64,000 nt of DNA from positions 64,001-128,000 of the IMG/VR virus record IMGVR_UViG_3300027740_000003; one strand, 5' to 3'. The DNA comes from a virus. Taxonomy: Duplodnaviria > Caudoviricetes. This document shows, in pieces, positions 23,072-35,415 of the stretch (its first letter is position 1; the number at the start of each line of letters is the position of its first letter). The position numbers were made by a program, and so were the translations under genes. The notes beneath the pieces are model-generated. The model worked only from the letters and a program-made list of their open reading frames with translations, was not told the origin of the DNA and made no database searches.

Positions 23072-23284
23072 TTAGATCATAGACCTAGACCTAGACCCAG
23101 ACCCAGACTTAGACCCAGACCCAGACCAAGAATTAGACCCAGAATCAGACCCAGAATTAGACCAAGACTTAGACCCAGACCCAGACCTAGACCCAGACTT
23201 AGACCCAGACCCAGACCAAGAATTAGACCCAGACCAAGACCAAGACCAAAACTTTAAATATTTATTTATTCTTGATTTTATCAT
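23072..23284 (-). CDS. Ser/Gly/Trp low-complexity repeat protein
   Basis: (SG/SW/SK/SR)n dipeptide repeat, coded by 6-nt-period GGGTCT/TGGTCT units; coupled by an ATGA overlap to 23281-23607. Confidence 0.6.
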   Translation of the reverse strand: MIKSRINKYLKFWSWSWSGSNSWSGSGSKSGSRSGSGSKSWSNSGSDSGSNSWSGSGSKSGSGSRSRSMI

Positions 23285-23607
23285 ACAATCCTCTTTACTG
23301 CAAAAAGAGACTCAATATGATCAATATTTACAAAAGCAAACTCAGTCGGAAGCCTTTGGTTATCTTTCCAATTTTTCTGATTCCATGGACCAGTTTCATA
23401 GACAATACTAGGGTCCATAATTTCAATAATAGAGCTATTAACTCCAATTAAAACCCCAGTATATGCATAATTTCCACAACTAACATATACTTCTTTGCCC
23501 AGAAGGTTAATATAACCATTATCAACATCCTGAATCTCTTCCACGTATTCGGTTACCTTCTCAACAACCTTCTCAACAACAACCGGCTTCTTTACTGACT
23601 TCTTCAT
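23281..23607 (-). CDS. Hypothetical protein, possible Sm-like/SH3 beta-barrel
   Basis: LLGKEVYV...YTGVLIGV...IEIMD...FVNIDHIES pattern resembles Sm-fold strands (inference). Confidence 0.4.
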   Translation of the reverse strand: MKKSVKKPVVVEKVVEKVTEYVEEIQDVDNGYINLLGKEVYVSCGNYAYTGVLIGVNSSIIEIMDPSIVYETGPWNQKNWKDNQRLPTEFAFVNIDHIESLFAVKRIV

Positions 23608-24411
23608 TTTTTAATTACCTACTTTCTTTAAATCACTTTCCTAAATATTTCACCATAGCTTTTGCAACTTCTTCTGCATGTTCTTTTGTAAGAATAATTG
23701 CTTGTCCTTTTACCCCGTCTTGGACTTGGAAAAGTTCCACTAAATCAAGGCCGTCTCGATCCTCCCCAATACTTACATAATCTCCGGTTTTGTCATTATA
23801 GACTTTGTATTCTACACATGTAGTGAACTCTGACATATTATCCTCATTTACAGAATGAATCCAGAAAGAACTACCTTCTGAATGTTTGCACAGAAGGGCT
23901 TGAGTTTATCTTCATCAGACAGTTTATACTGATCAAGAAGGCCAGTACAATCATCACCGCCATTTTTGGCAGTATATACTAGCCTCATTAGCCCAAGAGC
24001 GGCATCGCCATCAACATTATTGATGGCATGTCCAGCCGCTTCGTCAATAACTTTCTGGTTGTCTAGGTATACGTTCCAAGGAACCAGATACAAATCTGTG
24101 TCCTCAGGCACCTCTTCCCAAATGATTAGTAGATATGTGTCGTCCATTTACTTCTTTTCCTTTGGGGTCCGCTTGGGATAAATCACCCCCGGCGGGTTAT
24201 TGCTGAAACGAATCTCTTCCTGCTCCTGGCGGGTCAGAGGCGACGTCAAGTCATCATAAGGCACCAAACCGCTTCTGGCAACCCCCTCGCCCCCAAGACT
24301 CTCCACGTATCCATACTTAACCGCCATATTGTACTGGTCATCCTTAATCATTTTCTTTATTCCTTTCTATTACACAAATTAGAATCAACTTCTTTTCATT
24401 ACAAATGAATG

Positions 24412-24813
24412 TCATTTGAGAGGATAATCTTTAAACAAGGACATAAAATCAGGAGAAGGCCCTTCCCAAATAAAAGTATTAAAAACTCTAGAAAACTCAG
24501 CAGAATTGTACATAATACTTGAAAGTGTATTTGGGTACTTGTCTGGATTATATATCCAAGGAATTCCATTAGCAAGATTATCCACAATAGCTTTGGCTTC
24601 TTTTAAGCCAAGTCCAGTAAAAGTACGAATGACTTTAACGGCGTTAATGGACATAGGCCCGACACTAACTAGTTTATATAGTTTATGCTTGTTTTTAGAA
24701 TATCCCCAAGTATACTCCTTGGTCAACCCAAGACGCTTGCAGATACCTGCCAGGAAAGGAAGTTCAACCTTCCACTCAATACTATTTTCCGTTAGATTAA
24801 AATAAATCTTCAT
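24412..24813 (-). CDS. Protein with bL12 CTD-like motif
   Basis: [23 protein letters not shown] versus E. coli bL12 [23 protein letters not shown]. Confidence 0.75.
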   Translation of the reverse strand: [133 protein letters not shown]

Positions 24814-27550
24814 GTTATTTGTTTTTCCTTTATCCTGGGCACAACCCTAGTTCTATAGCAACTTCTCTTGTTCTATAAGTTCTTGCATCTATCGGCAGTT
24901 TCTTCAGAAAATCTATCGCAGCCTCCGTAGAAAACAGAGTAGCAAATACAACTCCATGCTCCCTGCCGGTTCCATCAAACGGAATGCCCCAATCCCCATG
25001 TACAGGATCTCCAGCTACAAATTCAATGGTATGCTTCATTTTAAATCCAGTTCTCTGGGTCCGCAGCGGCTTTGTTGACCTCCGCCTGAGATACCAGCTT
25101 AACCACCCTCTTGGCAGCACACAAGAGGGCGTGGAGAGCATTTTCCTGCCGTGTGGTGGTTTTAGAATACTTCTGCATAGTTAGAAGCCACTCGTGGCCC
25201 TCTGACCCAGGCACTGGCACAGCAATACATGTGCCATAAGAAAAAATCTTTTTACCATCTGTATGAATAGCACCAGATTTCGTTTGGTATGACTTGCCCT
25301 TCAAAAGTGCAGCAAAACAATCAACTGTGTTCTGTCTCATTTTATTTTCCTTCGATAAAAGACATAGTCTCAGGATCTCTTTGCTCTTTAGGAAGATTCA
25401 CTTGCGTACCAGCAAGCACAGCCTTTAGCATATTCAAAGAAGATTCACCGGCCCTCTTAACAAGATCATCCTGAAGTTTACAGTATTCTTCTTGGACTTT
25501 AAGAAGCCGATCGATCTCTTTAAGCATCATTCCAAAAATGTCTACAATCTCCCTGGCAGAAAGCTCTGTAGCAATATCTTGTGGACTCATCCAAGAATAT
25601 TGACGAGCCAAACGGTTCTTTTCGTGATAATTTTCATTGCGAGTTTGCATTATATGATCCTTCAAAAAAGAATTGCCCGTTTCAAGGACGTGGGAAACGG
25701 AGCAGAAAGGCACGGATGGTTATTTAAATTTAATGTCCTAGGATACCTTAACCAACGAACCCCTTTCCTAGCAAGCCCAACACACATCCGAAGATGTTCT
25801 TTTTCAGTATTCCTCCCGGGCCAGAAGGAACCCTCACCCATATTGCTATGGATTAAGTTTAATCACTACAGAAAACTTCCTCAACTGTTTGAGAGCATTT
25901 CATCGTGATTACTCGGTGGCTTGAGCCTCAGATTCTTTGGATTCAAAATCCACCCTGTGGTAGCACCAGCGCCATTAGTGTTGTTTGCCACCACAGCTCC
26001 AGTCTCCGGGATGACACAATCAACCACCACAGTGGCTCCATTCAATTCAGTCTTCGGCCCATGATACACACAAACATCGCCTTGAACAAACATGATTTAC
26101 CAACCTCTCTCTTCTCTGTTAGCACAACTATTACACCGACACCCTCGCATAATACCAATGCGAGTTAACACGTTCTTAGGTTTTTTCCACCCTGTCCCAA
26201 ACAACATCTTCCTTGCTTATGAAGGACAACTTTCCGTCATCATCATAAACATTAATCTCTAGGCAAGGTTCCGCCATAATAAAATCATTCAGGTTTACAA
26301 TATCCGCATACAAACGGATATCGGATTTAACAAGAATCCCTGATGCAATATACTTTACCATTTAAAATCCTTTCTTGGATGCCCCAAGAGCCATTCCCAT
26401 AAGCGATACCAAAAAAGCATCAATGTTTTTGTTGCTAATAGGTTTGGGATTGATTCCAACCTCTCGGCAGATCTTTAGAAAAACTTTTACTGACATAACT
26501 TTGTTGCCTCCGAAAATGTACCCCCACGCATGATAACCCACCATGCCCGGATATACACCCTCCACCCAAGCCAATTGATAAGAAATCTAGCGTTGGTTGC
26601 TAAATGCTTTATTCCTACCATGTTATTCTTTAATGTCCTTTGGTATTGGACCGGCCCCTAATGTATGTTCACATTTCTGATACATGCCCAATACCAACTT
26701 CTGAGCTGCCGTAGCATTAGGATCACCCTTAATGAAGCGAAGTTGATCCCACAACTCCTCTGTTCCTCCCATATAACTTCTTGCAGACTGCCCAATAGCA
26801 TTGACTATGGTGCTGTCCAACAAACTGTCCCTATTAGTATCATCGACAAGATTAGCCTCCGCAAAACGCCTTGCCGAAGCTCTTAGGCCACGAAACACTT
26901 TGCTTCCTTCACTAGGACAGTTCCATTGCCAATCCTTGTTGGTTTTGTCAATGGATGCAGATGAATTGCCCCAAAGAACCCCTTTTGAACCATAACTGTG
27001 ACAAAGCTCTGCCGAGATAAGATCCCACTTGCTTTCTGGATAATCAGGAAGGTAAATTCCCGCAGATTCAAGAGCGTTCTCAACACCCTGATCTCCAATA
27101 ATATTCAAATTAACCACCGAAACCTCCGCATGGAACCAATACTCGGCTTCTTTTCCACATGCGTCTACCATGTCACCAATACAGATGAACAGATAAACCC
27201 CATTGCTAACCTTCCGGGAATATACCCACCGGCCCGAACCACCATCCTCTAACACGTCCCAATTCTTATGATAAATGTTCATTTGTCCCAACTAACTGGC
27301 AAAACAGCATGACCTCTGTTGTAAATATGACCGGGTAAAATTGGCAACAGACCTCCAATAGGACTATTCCTATCACGCAAACCAGCAAGATATAACTTCT
27401 CATAATAGTCATCAGACACAACAAGAACAACAAGAAATCTTGCTCCCGTATCATCGGTTAAAGTCTTGCCAAGATCATCCTGGGTTAAAGTCAAATGCGC
27501 AGCCAACTTATTTATATTAGACTTTGCCATGTTGCGGCCCCCTCTCTTAC

Positions 27551-28003
27551 TTAATATCCCATTGCCCTCTCATGAGCACTTTCACGAGCATATCGATAAT
27601 CAGCCTCTTCCTTATGCCTCCATTGCTTTAGAACTTCTTTCTGCCTATCAGAAAGATGCTCTTCGTCAATCTCTGGAACCACCCGCTCTCCCTTACATTC
27701 ATAACACTGCACATCATATGTTCCAGAAATATAGTCTTCCCGGAAATCAGGATCATCCGAAAAATCCTCCGATGTCAAACCACAACAATCAACACCCGGA
27801 TCAACATGAGTTCCTTTTCCCTGACATGTGGAACATACCTCGTACTTGGCCGGAAACTCCATGACCTCGCCAGTTTCCTCATCATCCTCATCAAGAACAG
27901 GAAGAGAGATGGTCATGTTCTGCTTATCGAAAGCAGGCTTGTCCCGCTGTCCTGCCAACACTCGGGAGTCATTGAAGTAGTTAGAGTCTTCTAGAGAGTA
28001 CAT
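27551..28003 (-). CDS. Hypothetical protein with CxxCxGxG zinc finger
   Basis: CSTCQGKG and CYECKG motifs. Confidence 0.55.
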   Translation of the reverse strand: MYSLEDSNYFNDSRVLAGQRDKPAFDKQNMTISLPVLDEDDEETGEVMEFPAKYEVCSTCQGKGTHVDPGVDCCGLTSEDFSDDPDFREDYISGTYDVQCYECKGERVVPEIDEEHLSDRQKEVLKQWRHKEEADYRYARESAHERAMGY

Positions 28004-28794
28004 CGTTCATTCTTTCATGGAAGTTGGCAGGTTTACCTGTTTTACTAATCCTGCGAAAACCTGAAAAAGTCAGGATAGGTTCCGTTTTCTATGATTGTCA
28101 GAAATAGGAACAACAAAGATACAGATGGTTGCCTGTTCCTCTGAAGATATTAACCAACAAGTTCTCTTCATAAGGACATGTTTCCAACATGCTTCGCTAA
28201 ACCATCTTGGTTATGATGGCTAAGTTTTTAACTCACCTTTGCTTTGGGATACATTCCCAACACCACAGCCTTTGCTCCCTCATGGCCTTCGGCCCGGAAA
28301 CAAAAATCAACGGTATTGTCTTTGTTGGCACACCAATACAAAGCTCGGCCATGCCCCCAGTAAGTTCCATTTTTGTCGTACCCACCAGCATCCAAACGGA
28401 TGCGAGTTAGATACAACCTTTCACTAAACACTGCCTTGTCCTCCAAATGAATCGGAAACCTTCCTAAAGCAGCTCCCCGCTTTGGATCTCCACACCATCC
28501 CTTTGGATCGTTCTTGCAATAATCTGGTTGAGTCATTTAGCCGTTCTCCTCAATCTCAATTTCTTGTACATAAGGATTTACATTACATAGTTTCCACTCA
28601 TAATCCATGAGATTAATATCTTTCAAAACAATTTGATATGTCGTTTTTCTGAATTCAGGAAGGAATTTGTGGGCCTCTTCAGTGGTTTTGAAACCGTTTG
28701 AACAAATCTTATGTATTAGTATGTCTGCCCCAGAATACGCCATACCTCTTGCTTCAGCAACAACAATGTAAATTTTCATGTTTATTCTCCTTTG

Positions 28795-28876
28795 TGCGGT
28801 AAGTAGGATTTGAACCTACAGTGTCCGAAGACGCCGGAGCTACAATCCGGTGCACTACCAATTGTGCGTCTACCGC
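28795..28876 (-). tRNA. tRNA-Tyr(GTA)
   Basis: Acceptor GCGGTAG/TTACCGC, arm CCGGA-TTGTAGC-TCCGG, long variable arm, T arm GTAGG-TTCAAAT-CCTAC. Confidence 0.92.
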
Positions 28877-29294
28877 CTAAACTTTATTCTACCTCTTTTT
28901 CTGCCTCAAAATGGATTTACCCACGTATCATACTGCTTCTGCGTGATTCTTCCGTCTTTACACAAAAAATCCGTAAAATTATTCCAGGCCTCACACAACC
29001 AAACCTTGTCCCCTTTGGGAACACTCGGGAGCACATCCTCCCGAAACTCTGCCAATGCTTCTTTCTTGGTCATATCTGTACCTTCGATCTTCTTCTATAC
29101 CAATAGGATAACTTCGTAGCAGAAATAAAATATTTCTTGCCATTACATTTAAGTAAACACATTCCTGTTGCTTGGTTTATATCCAACAAACTATAGCTGT
29201 TGTAAAAATCAGGAATGATACTATAGTTCCATCCTATTTCTACTGGAGTAGGCCCTTGCTCAAGTGCATGATAGGCCATATTCCTCTTTCTTGG

Positions 29295-31454
29295 TCATTC
29301 TGGCCTCCAAATCTCCTCAAAACTACCTTTCAACTGACGCCGATATCGGCACAAAATCCTTTCCAGAACCCTGAATGCCATATCGTCCTCTTCCATTAGC
29401 CCGGTTGCCGCTAACCAATGCCCAATGCTTGCATCCGGCCGATTGAAGCCTTTATAATCCTTCTCCACAGCCCCATCACATACCGACACCATATATGACA
29501 AGGCATGTCTAAGCATCTGCTTTCGTGAAGCAGTCAATACAGGCTCCGGAACCCCAGAAACTTTCGCTGCCTCTCTACCAGCTATCGCTGAAAGCCTGCC
29601 AAGTGCATATTGCCTCTCAACCTCAGCCTCTGCATTGGCCATCCTTGCCGCAAGCTCTTCCGCAGTTTCTTCAACCAACTTGATGTCTTGCGCCAATGGC
29701 CTGGCCTTCGGATGACTGAACTTATAGGATGCCTCCAATGCTTTTTGATAAAGCTTCATTTTATACTCAATCAGATCGTTGACCCTCTTGTCCAAAGGAT
29801 GCGTGCTAGTCATCCTCATCACAAGAATATTATTGCTGGTCTGACCAATCCGATGCAATCGGTCTTCCGCCTGAATATTAAGGGCAGGAGTCCAGTCCAG
29901 ATCCACAAACAACACATTAGAAGCATGTGTAAGTGTGATTCCTACTCCGCCAGCTTGAATGGTTAGCCCAACTCCCTTCAACTTCCCAGCCTGAAATTCA
30001 GAAACAATATTAGTCCTTTCCTCTGCTTTGGTTTCCCCAGTGATAACCTTCCAATCTTCACGGGTAGCCAATGCAGCAATAGGAGCCTTGTGAGCACTGA
30101 AGACAACCAGAGGAACATCAGATTCCTCATAGCTCTCTACAATCTCCATCATCGCAGGAATCCTAGCTTCCGCCAACATTGCCCGGATCTTGGAGAACTC
30201 CTCAAAAGAAGGAAGAGAAGTGATCTCTAGCTTGTCAACTAGATCATCAATGTCTCCCTTTTCCTCAGCAGCATCATAAACCAAAGCGTTGATCTTGGCA
30301 TAAAGAACGTTATCAAGATTGTTAACCTCAATGGTCTTGTATGTCTTTGGAGGAAGGTCCGAAAGAACCTCGCTCTTCAAACGACGCAACATAACCCTCT
30401 TCATTCTCTCAGGGACCTCAGCAGATGGCATTCCAAACTTCCACCCGTACTTGTCTTTATACCCATCAAATAAAGACACGAACTTGTCCCATCCACCAAG
30501 AACACTCATGTTCCCCGCAGAAAGAACCCCGTACAGATCCGTGGGCCTGGTCATCAATGGAGTGCCAGTAAGGAACCATACAGCCTTGCACATACGAGAA
30601 AGCTTATTCACCTTCTCACTTCTGGCCGCCTTGTAGTTCTTTACCATATGTGCCTCATCTGCAATCAAATGAGTCTCTTTAAGCTGAGCTTTAGTCTCCT
30701 CGGGAATAGAATCAGAAGCCAACCAAGCGGGGAGAATATCATAGTTCACAATGATAACCTCACCCTTATCAGGCAGACGGAAATTGCCCCTGCCTTCCAA
30801 AATGGAAGCTTTGTACTCAGGCCTCCACATCTTGATCTCATTCCGCCAGTTGTACTTAACAACCGCTGGGCAGATCAGAATAACCCTTGCTCCTTCAGGC
30901 AAGGCAACAAGAGCCTGAATCGTCTTTCCTGTCCCTTGGTCGTCTGCCAACAAAGCATGATCTTTTAGAGCAAGGAACTCAACCCCGACCTTCTGAAAAT
31001 CATAGAGTTCAGATCCATCTACACGCTTCCTAGAAGCCCTTTCCAAAGCCTCCCGGCTCTCAGTCGTCCCTTCTTTAAGATTGCTCCGAAGGGCCTCAGG
31101 GACCGAAAGTTGTAGCTTGTCAGCAATCTCAATAACCCTGGGAAGGTCCCCAGGCTTGATAGAACAGGTCCAACACTTGCTCTGAAGATTCCACCTGGCA
31201 CCAGGCAATGACCGAAGCAACACAATTGCGTCTCTGTCATATGGCATCGAAATAACACCATCCTCAGAAAGCGTCTTCTCTTGCTTTGCCTCTGCTCCGG
31301 GAGGAGAGATTCCGAGCTTGGCCAGACACGCAGTTGAAGTGCAGCACTGCAACCAAGCATAACCATTTTTGTAGGCAAAACCTTCCCCGGCTCCCAGCTT
31401 AGTCTTGCAACTCTGACACTTGCCAGGATATCGATTAACCATTGCTGTCGCCAT
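29295..31454 (-). CDS. SNF2-family (HARP/SMARCAL1-like) helicase/annealing ATPase
   Basis: DDQGTGKT (Walker A), DEAH, LTGTP, QAEDRLHRIGQ; N-terminal Zn finger and WNxxxKCW HARP-like segment. Confidence 0.9.
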   Translation of the reverse strand: MATAMVNRYPGKCQSCKTKLGAGEGFAYKNGYAWLQCCTSTACLAKLGISPPGAEAKQEKTLSEDGVISMPYDRDAIVLLRSLPGARWNLQSKCWTCSIKPGDLPRVIEIADKLQLSVPEALRSNLKEGTTESREALERASRKRVDGSELYDFQKVGVEFLALKDHALLADDQGTGKTIQALVALPEGARVILICPAVVKYNWRNEIKMWRPEYKASILEGRGNFRLPDKGEVIIVNYDILPAWLASDSIPEETKAQLKETHLIADEAHMVKNYKAARSEKVNKLSRMCKAVWFLTGTPLMTRPTDLYGVLSAGNMSVLGGWDKFVSLFDGYKDKYGWKFGMPSAEVPERMKRVMLRRLKSEVLSDLPPKTYKTIEVNNLDNVLYAKINALVYDAAEEKGDIDDLVDKLEITSLPSFEEFSKIRAMLAEARIPAMMEIVESYEESDVPLVVFSAHKAPIAALATREDWKVITGETKAEERTNIVSEFQAGKLKGVGLTIQAGGVGITLTHASNVLFVDLDWTPALNIQAEDRLHRIGQTSNNILVMRMTSTHPLDKRVNDLIEYKMKLYQKALEASYKFSHPKARPLAQDIKLVEETAEELAARMANAEAEVERQYALGRLSAIAGREAAKVSGVPEPVLTASRKQMLRHALSYMVSVCDGAVEKDYKGFNRPDASIGHWLAATGLMEEDDMAFRVLERILCRYRRQLKGSFEEIWRPE

Positions 31455-33812
31455 TGCTCTTCACCTTACCTAATGAACTCTTTTTATTTCTCTAGAACCA
31501 GTTTATAACTCCATTGAAAATCAAGCTCCTCATTGTCCTCCCCAGGCCAATCAGGATCTCGATCCCACGCAACCATCACGGAAAGATTATTGTCCTCTAC
31601 AACAGCCACCCGGCCTTTTAAACAATAGTCCTTCCGATGCTGAACCCTATCGCCAACTTTAAAAGTTGTTGACTCTACAGATGAACCTAACATTATCACC
31701 TACTATCTGCCACTTGGCCATTTAGTCTTTTTTAACTGCCACAGCCCCACATTTTTTACAAATCCAATCCTTGTCAGAAGGATTGCCAACATCCGTGCAC
31801 CCTAGAGTCTCAATATAGTTCCCCTCTGAATCTATAACCTGATCCTCTTGTACACAACATGATACAATAAACAGCTTGTGCTCAGAACTGTTAGGACATA
31901 TTGTTTTCATTTTCACTCCGAATAATAACAGTCAAACCAAGGCCCGCTTCTCCTGGTCCGACGTTTTCCTTCTGCTTTTGTACACGTTCTCGAACTTGTC
32001 TCGGGATTCTTGCAATGACCTTGAGCCATTGCTAAAGTCTGGTTCCGAAACAAAATGTACGCTCTTCCACTGTTTTGGAATTTGCGCACAATTTTGTACG
32101 ACATTTTATTCCTCCCCTTCAAAAATGGCCCAGTTGTATCCTTCGGCTGGCATATACCAGATAAACAGGATCCCAAACATAAACACCAGTGCGGCTGGCG
32201 GCATCCACCACCACAAAGCCACAGCAACCATTCCCGCAATACTACTCAGAAGAATCGAATCCATATATCCCTTTCAAGATGGAGGATCATCAATTAACAT
32301 ATAATGATCTACATCACATGCCTCAGACCAAATACGCATTTCTAATTATGCTAAATGAGCTGAGTTTTTTTGTTAGCTACCTGGCGGGTTCTCAACCAAC
32401 ATGTAGTATTCTACATTTGGAACGATGAATCGAAGAGTCTTTTTCGGGCATGGCGGGCATGGAACCTCGATCTCATAAACGAAATAGAAACTATATTCGG
32501 AATCACCTAGATATGTTATTACAAGTCCAAAATAGATTTTCCCTCCAGAAGAAAATAGACACCTCTTCTCTGTTTCTCTATTCTTCTCTGTTTCTTCGGG
32601 AGGGTTATCTTCTACACTTTTCCATTGCATTTGTTTTATTCCTTCTTTACAAACTTCCATGAATCATTTCGTAAAATGAGCACATTCTACATCTTCATCT
32701 TCGTCTTCCCAAAAAGATATTTCACCAAGACTCCCCACGGAAAAATGATCCGCCTTCACTTTAACCAGATCATTCAGAGTATCTCCTTCCAACTTTACAA
32801 GAAATGTCTTCATATATCTTTTCTATTCTATTGTTTATATGCAAAAGGACACTTCTTGTGGCACCCTTCCCCACATTCACAATACCCTTCGGCAATGTCA
32901 ACACATTCCCAACCACTCTTCTCCGGAAATCCACACTGCCGGTGAGAACACATCCCGCTTTTCTCTCTTTCTCCACAAGCCATATTAGCCCTTCCTTGCC
33001 CCCTCACTGCCTCTCTGAGAGGCTTTTGCACCACCTAGGCCCCACTGGCCCAGCCAGACGAAAACCCCTCACAGCGGCTTCTGGAGCCGCTCCCGGAGCT
33101 GGTTCTCAAACAGCCGATGACATTTGGAAAGCCTGTTGTATTTGCCTATGTCTTTTCCGTGATATTCTTTGTATAGAGACATGTTCCCAAACTGGGAACA
33201 ATTTGTCTGATCAAGGTTGCTATTAGCATAGGTCTGGAAATGTGGACACTCCCGAGAACAATATTGCCCCCGGTCCCCACAGACAACTATGTCAACACTA
33301 TAGGTTAGTTTTATGTCTTCCATTTTAACTCATGATCTCGTCAATAAATGTACAGCTATAATAAGCATTGCTATACACCAAAATATAAACGCCACCGAGC
33401 CGCAATAATCATGCGAAAACAATGCTTGCCATTTGTATTGACGCTTCCTGTCGCCACTCTTTGCCAACTCCTCCGGACTTTCCAAAGGAACTACAGAAAT
33501 GTATCTTACCTTCTCTGGGTCAACAAGGTTGTTATTGGTATATGCGTCGGCAGCATCAAACGCCTCTTCCTCAGAGTCATATGGTCCTGCAACACTCTGA
33601 AAATCATCCGCCCCCGACCCGAAAAACACAATCACATGTTTAATGAATCCTGCCGATCCTCCTAAGGTTGGCTCTGCCATGTTCTTAACCTGTCCCGCCA
33701 TTTAACTGGCGCAAAAAAATTGGGGGCAACCGGTTTCCCTACGAAGCCCTCCACCACTTAACTAGATGCACCATTGCGCCTAGTAAAGTCTTTTTACCTA
33801 CATATAGGTTAG

Positions 33813-34149
33813 TGTAGGTGCCGGGAGTCGAACCCGGATCCGCGAACCAATGCAAGACACCATCATTCACAAGCTTAGGTTCATATCCTAGAACCAGGAT
33901 CCCACTCCCAGGGATTAGGTTTGCCCCTTATTGTCCTCGACCCGTTATATTGAGGCCCTTACGGGTTCAGTCCGTATGGTTTGCACCTTCCAAAATATCC
34001 AGACTTATCTCTTGGAAAATGTGACTTATGCCGCAGCAGCAGTCAGGTCTGCGTTATCGTTTGCAGTTGTTTACGACCCATTGATAAGTGGATAGGCGCC
34101 ACTTGCTTGCAGATGCCTCTTTCAGTCCCCGTCGAAACCAATCACCCAC
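33813..34149 (-). ncRNA. ssrA: tmRNA; tag peptide (A)ANDNADLTAAAA*
   Basis: Acceptor GTGGGTG/CACCTAC with G3-U70, 5' GGTTTCGACGGGG, T arm CCGGG-TTCGACT-CCCGG, resume codon GCA AAC GAT AAC... at 34064-34026 ending in TAA. Confidence 0.95.
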
Positions 34150-34185
34150 ATATACTCTAAGCTAAGTTATTCCGGGATGGAGGGA

Positions 34186-34213
34186 AGGATAACCCTCCCC
34201 TCCGTCCTGTCAA
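34186..34213 (-). promoter_or_regulatory. tmRNA promoter TTGACA-N16-TATCCT
   Basis: Read directly, ~36 nt upstream of the tmRNA 5' end. Confidence 0.65.
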
Positions 34214-34217
34214 GTGC

Positions 34218-34532
34218 TCAAGCCGCCTTGGTTGCCAGCTGGGCCTTCAGCTGATCCAGCTCCTTCTTAAGAGCTGCCTTGCTACCCTCCTTAGCAGCAC
34301 TCTTCGCAGCCGGGGTACCCTCAGGCACAATCCCCGAACCCTTCCGAGTCTCGTAGCCAACCACAGCACCACTCTTGATCAGATGCCCAACCACCAGAGC
34401 TCCAAAGTTATTGTCTCCCTCCTCCGAGAGCTCACAAAGCTCCGCAACCTTCTTGCAGCTAATACCATTAGCCACGTTCGTGTCAATACACTCCTGAACC
34501 TGCGCAACAACCTCATCCTTAACAAACGTCAT
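34218..34532 (-). CDS. Small protein with Lys/Ala-rich tail (paralog family, copy 2)
   Basis: Shares CKKVA / GYETRKGSGIVP / basic tail layout with 15389-15715. Confidence 0.7.
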   Translation of the reverse strand: MTFVKDEVVAQVQECIDTNVANGISCKKVAELCELSEEGDNNFGALVVGHLIKSGAVVGYETRKGSGIVPEGTPAAKSAAKEGSKAALKKELDQLKAQLATKAA

Positions 34533-35386
34533 AATATACCTCTTTCCTTGGTTTCCTCAGCTAACCATAAGCCTTGGCTTCGAGGAACAAGCTGTCCACT
34601 TGTTCCCCGCTTGTCAAGGTTTATTCTTCAAACCTCATGCCAATCACCACATTGAGCCTCACCCGAAGTCGGATGATACGGCCGAAGTTCACTTCTATTT
34701 GACACATAGACTTCGTGGTCCCCACCAACAGCAGAGTCCTCAAAACTGATATAACTTCCCTCACCACTGTTCTTCTCAAGAACCGAACATGTATAGTGGG
34801 ATCCTCGATGCCGCCTACTTAATGCACACATGTCAATATAATCCATATTAAACCTTCTTCCTTTAGTTGTTCCTGACTGTCTTACTGCCACCAAATCTTC
34901 AAACTCGGATTCGGCCCCGAAATCCAACAACACCTATACGCATACTTGCCATTGCTTGCTTGCGAAAGAAATTCCTCAACCTCTTTCTTGAATATATTTG
35001 AAACATTCCTCACTAAACAGTAGTACCTTCCTTTCGTAGAGGCCATATAAACAAAATAGTTTATTCTGTCAAGGACGGAAGTAAGTTGTGCCTCGTTTGA
35101 GTATTCTAGAGCTCGTTCTGCTGAAATCATTTCACTTTCCTTTTATGGCAAAAACCATCCTGCCACGGCTTAGTTTGCAATCGTCATCATCCACAAGATC
35201 AATGGATGGGCATTGCCCCGAAGTAAAATTGTTTGGATATGTTCCAGCCAACATATACGTTAAAAGGACTATAATGTGTGCAGCTTCTACACGGTCTAGT
35301 TCCACATAAGACACGTCTCCGTGAAGCTTAGATTTGCTTAACTTTGCCATGATCCTCCATAAATCAACCCTGGCTTCCAAGCCCAA

Positions 35387-35415
35387 AGGATAATCCCTTG
35401 GGCTTGGTTTGTCAA
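35387..35415 (-). promoter_or_regulatory. sigma70-like promoter TTGACA-N17-TATCCT
   Basis: Read directly. Confidence 0.55.

Noticed and set aside
23003-23257. Arg-Pro repeat ORF on the + strand
   Set aside because: Reverse complement of the Ser/Gly/Trp repeat gene, which fits the operon direction and has an ATGA overlap.
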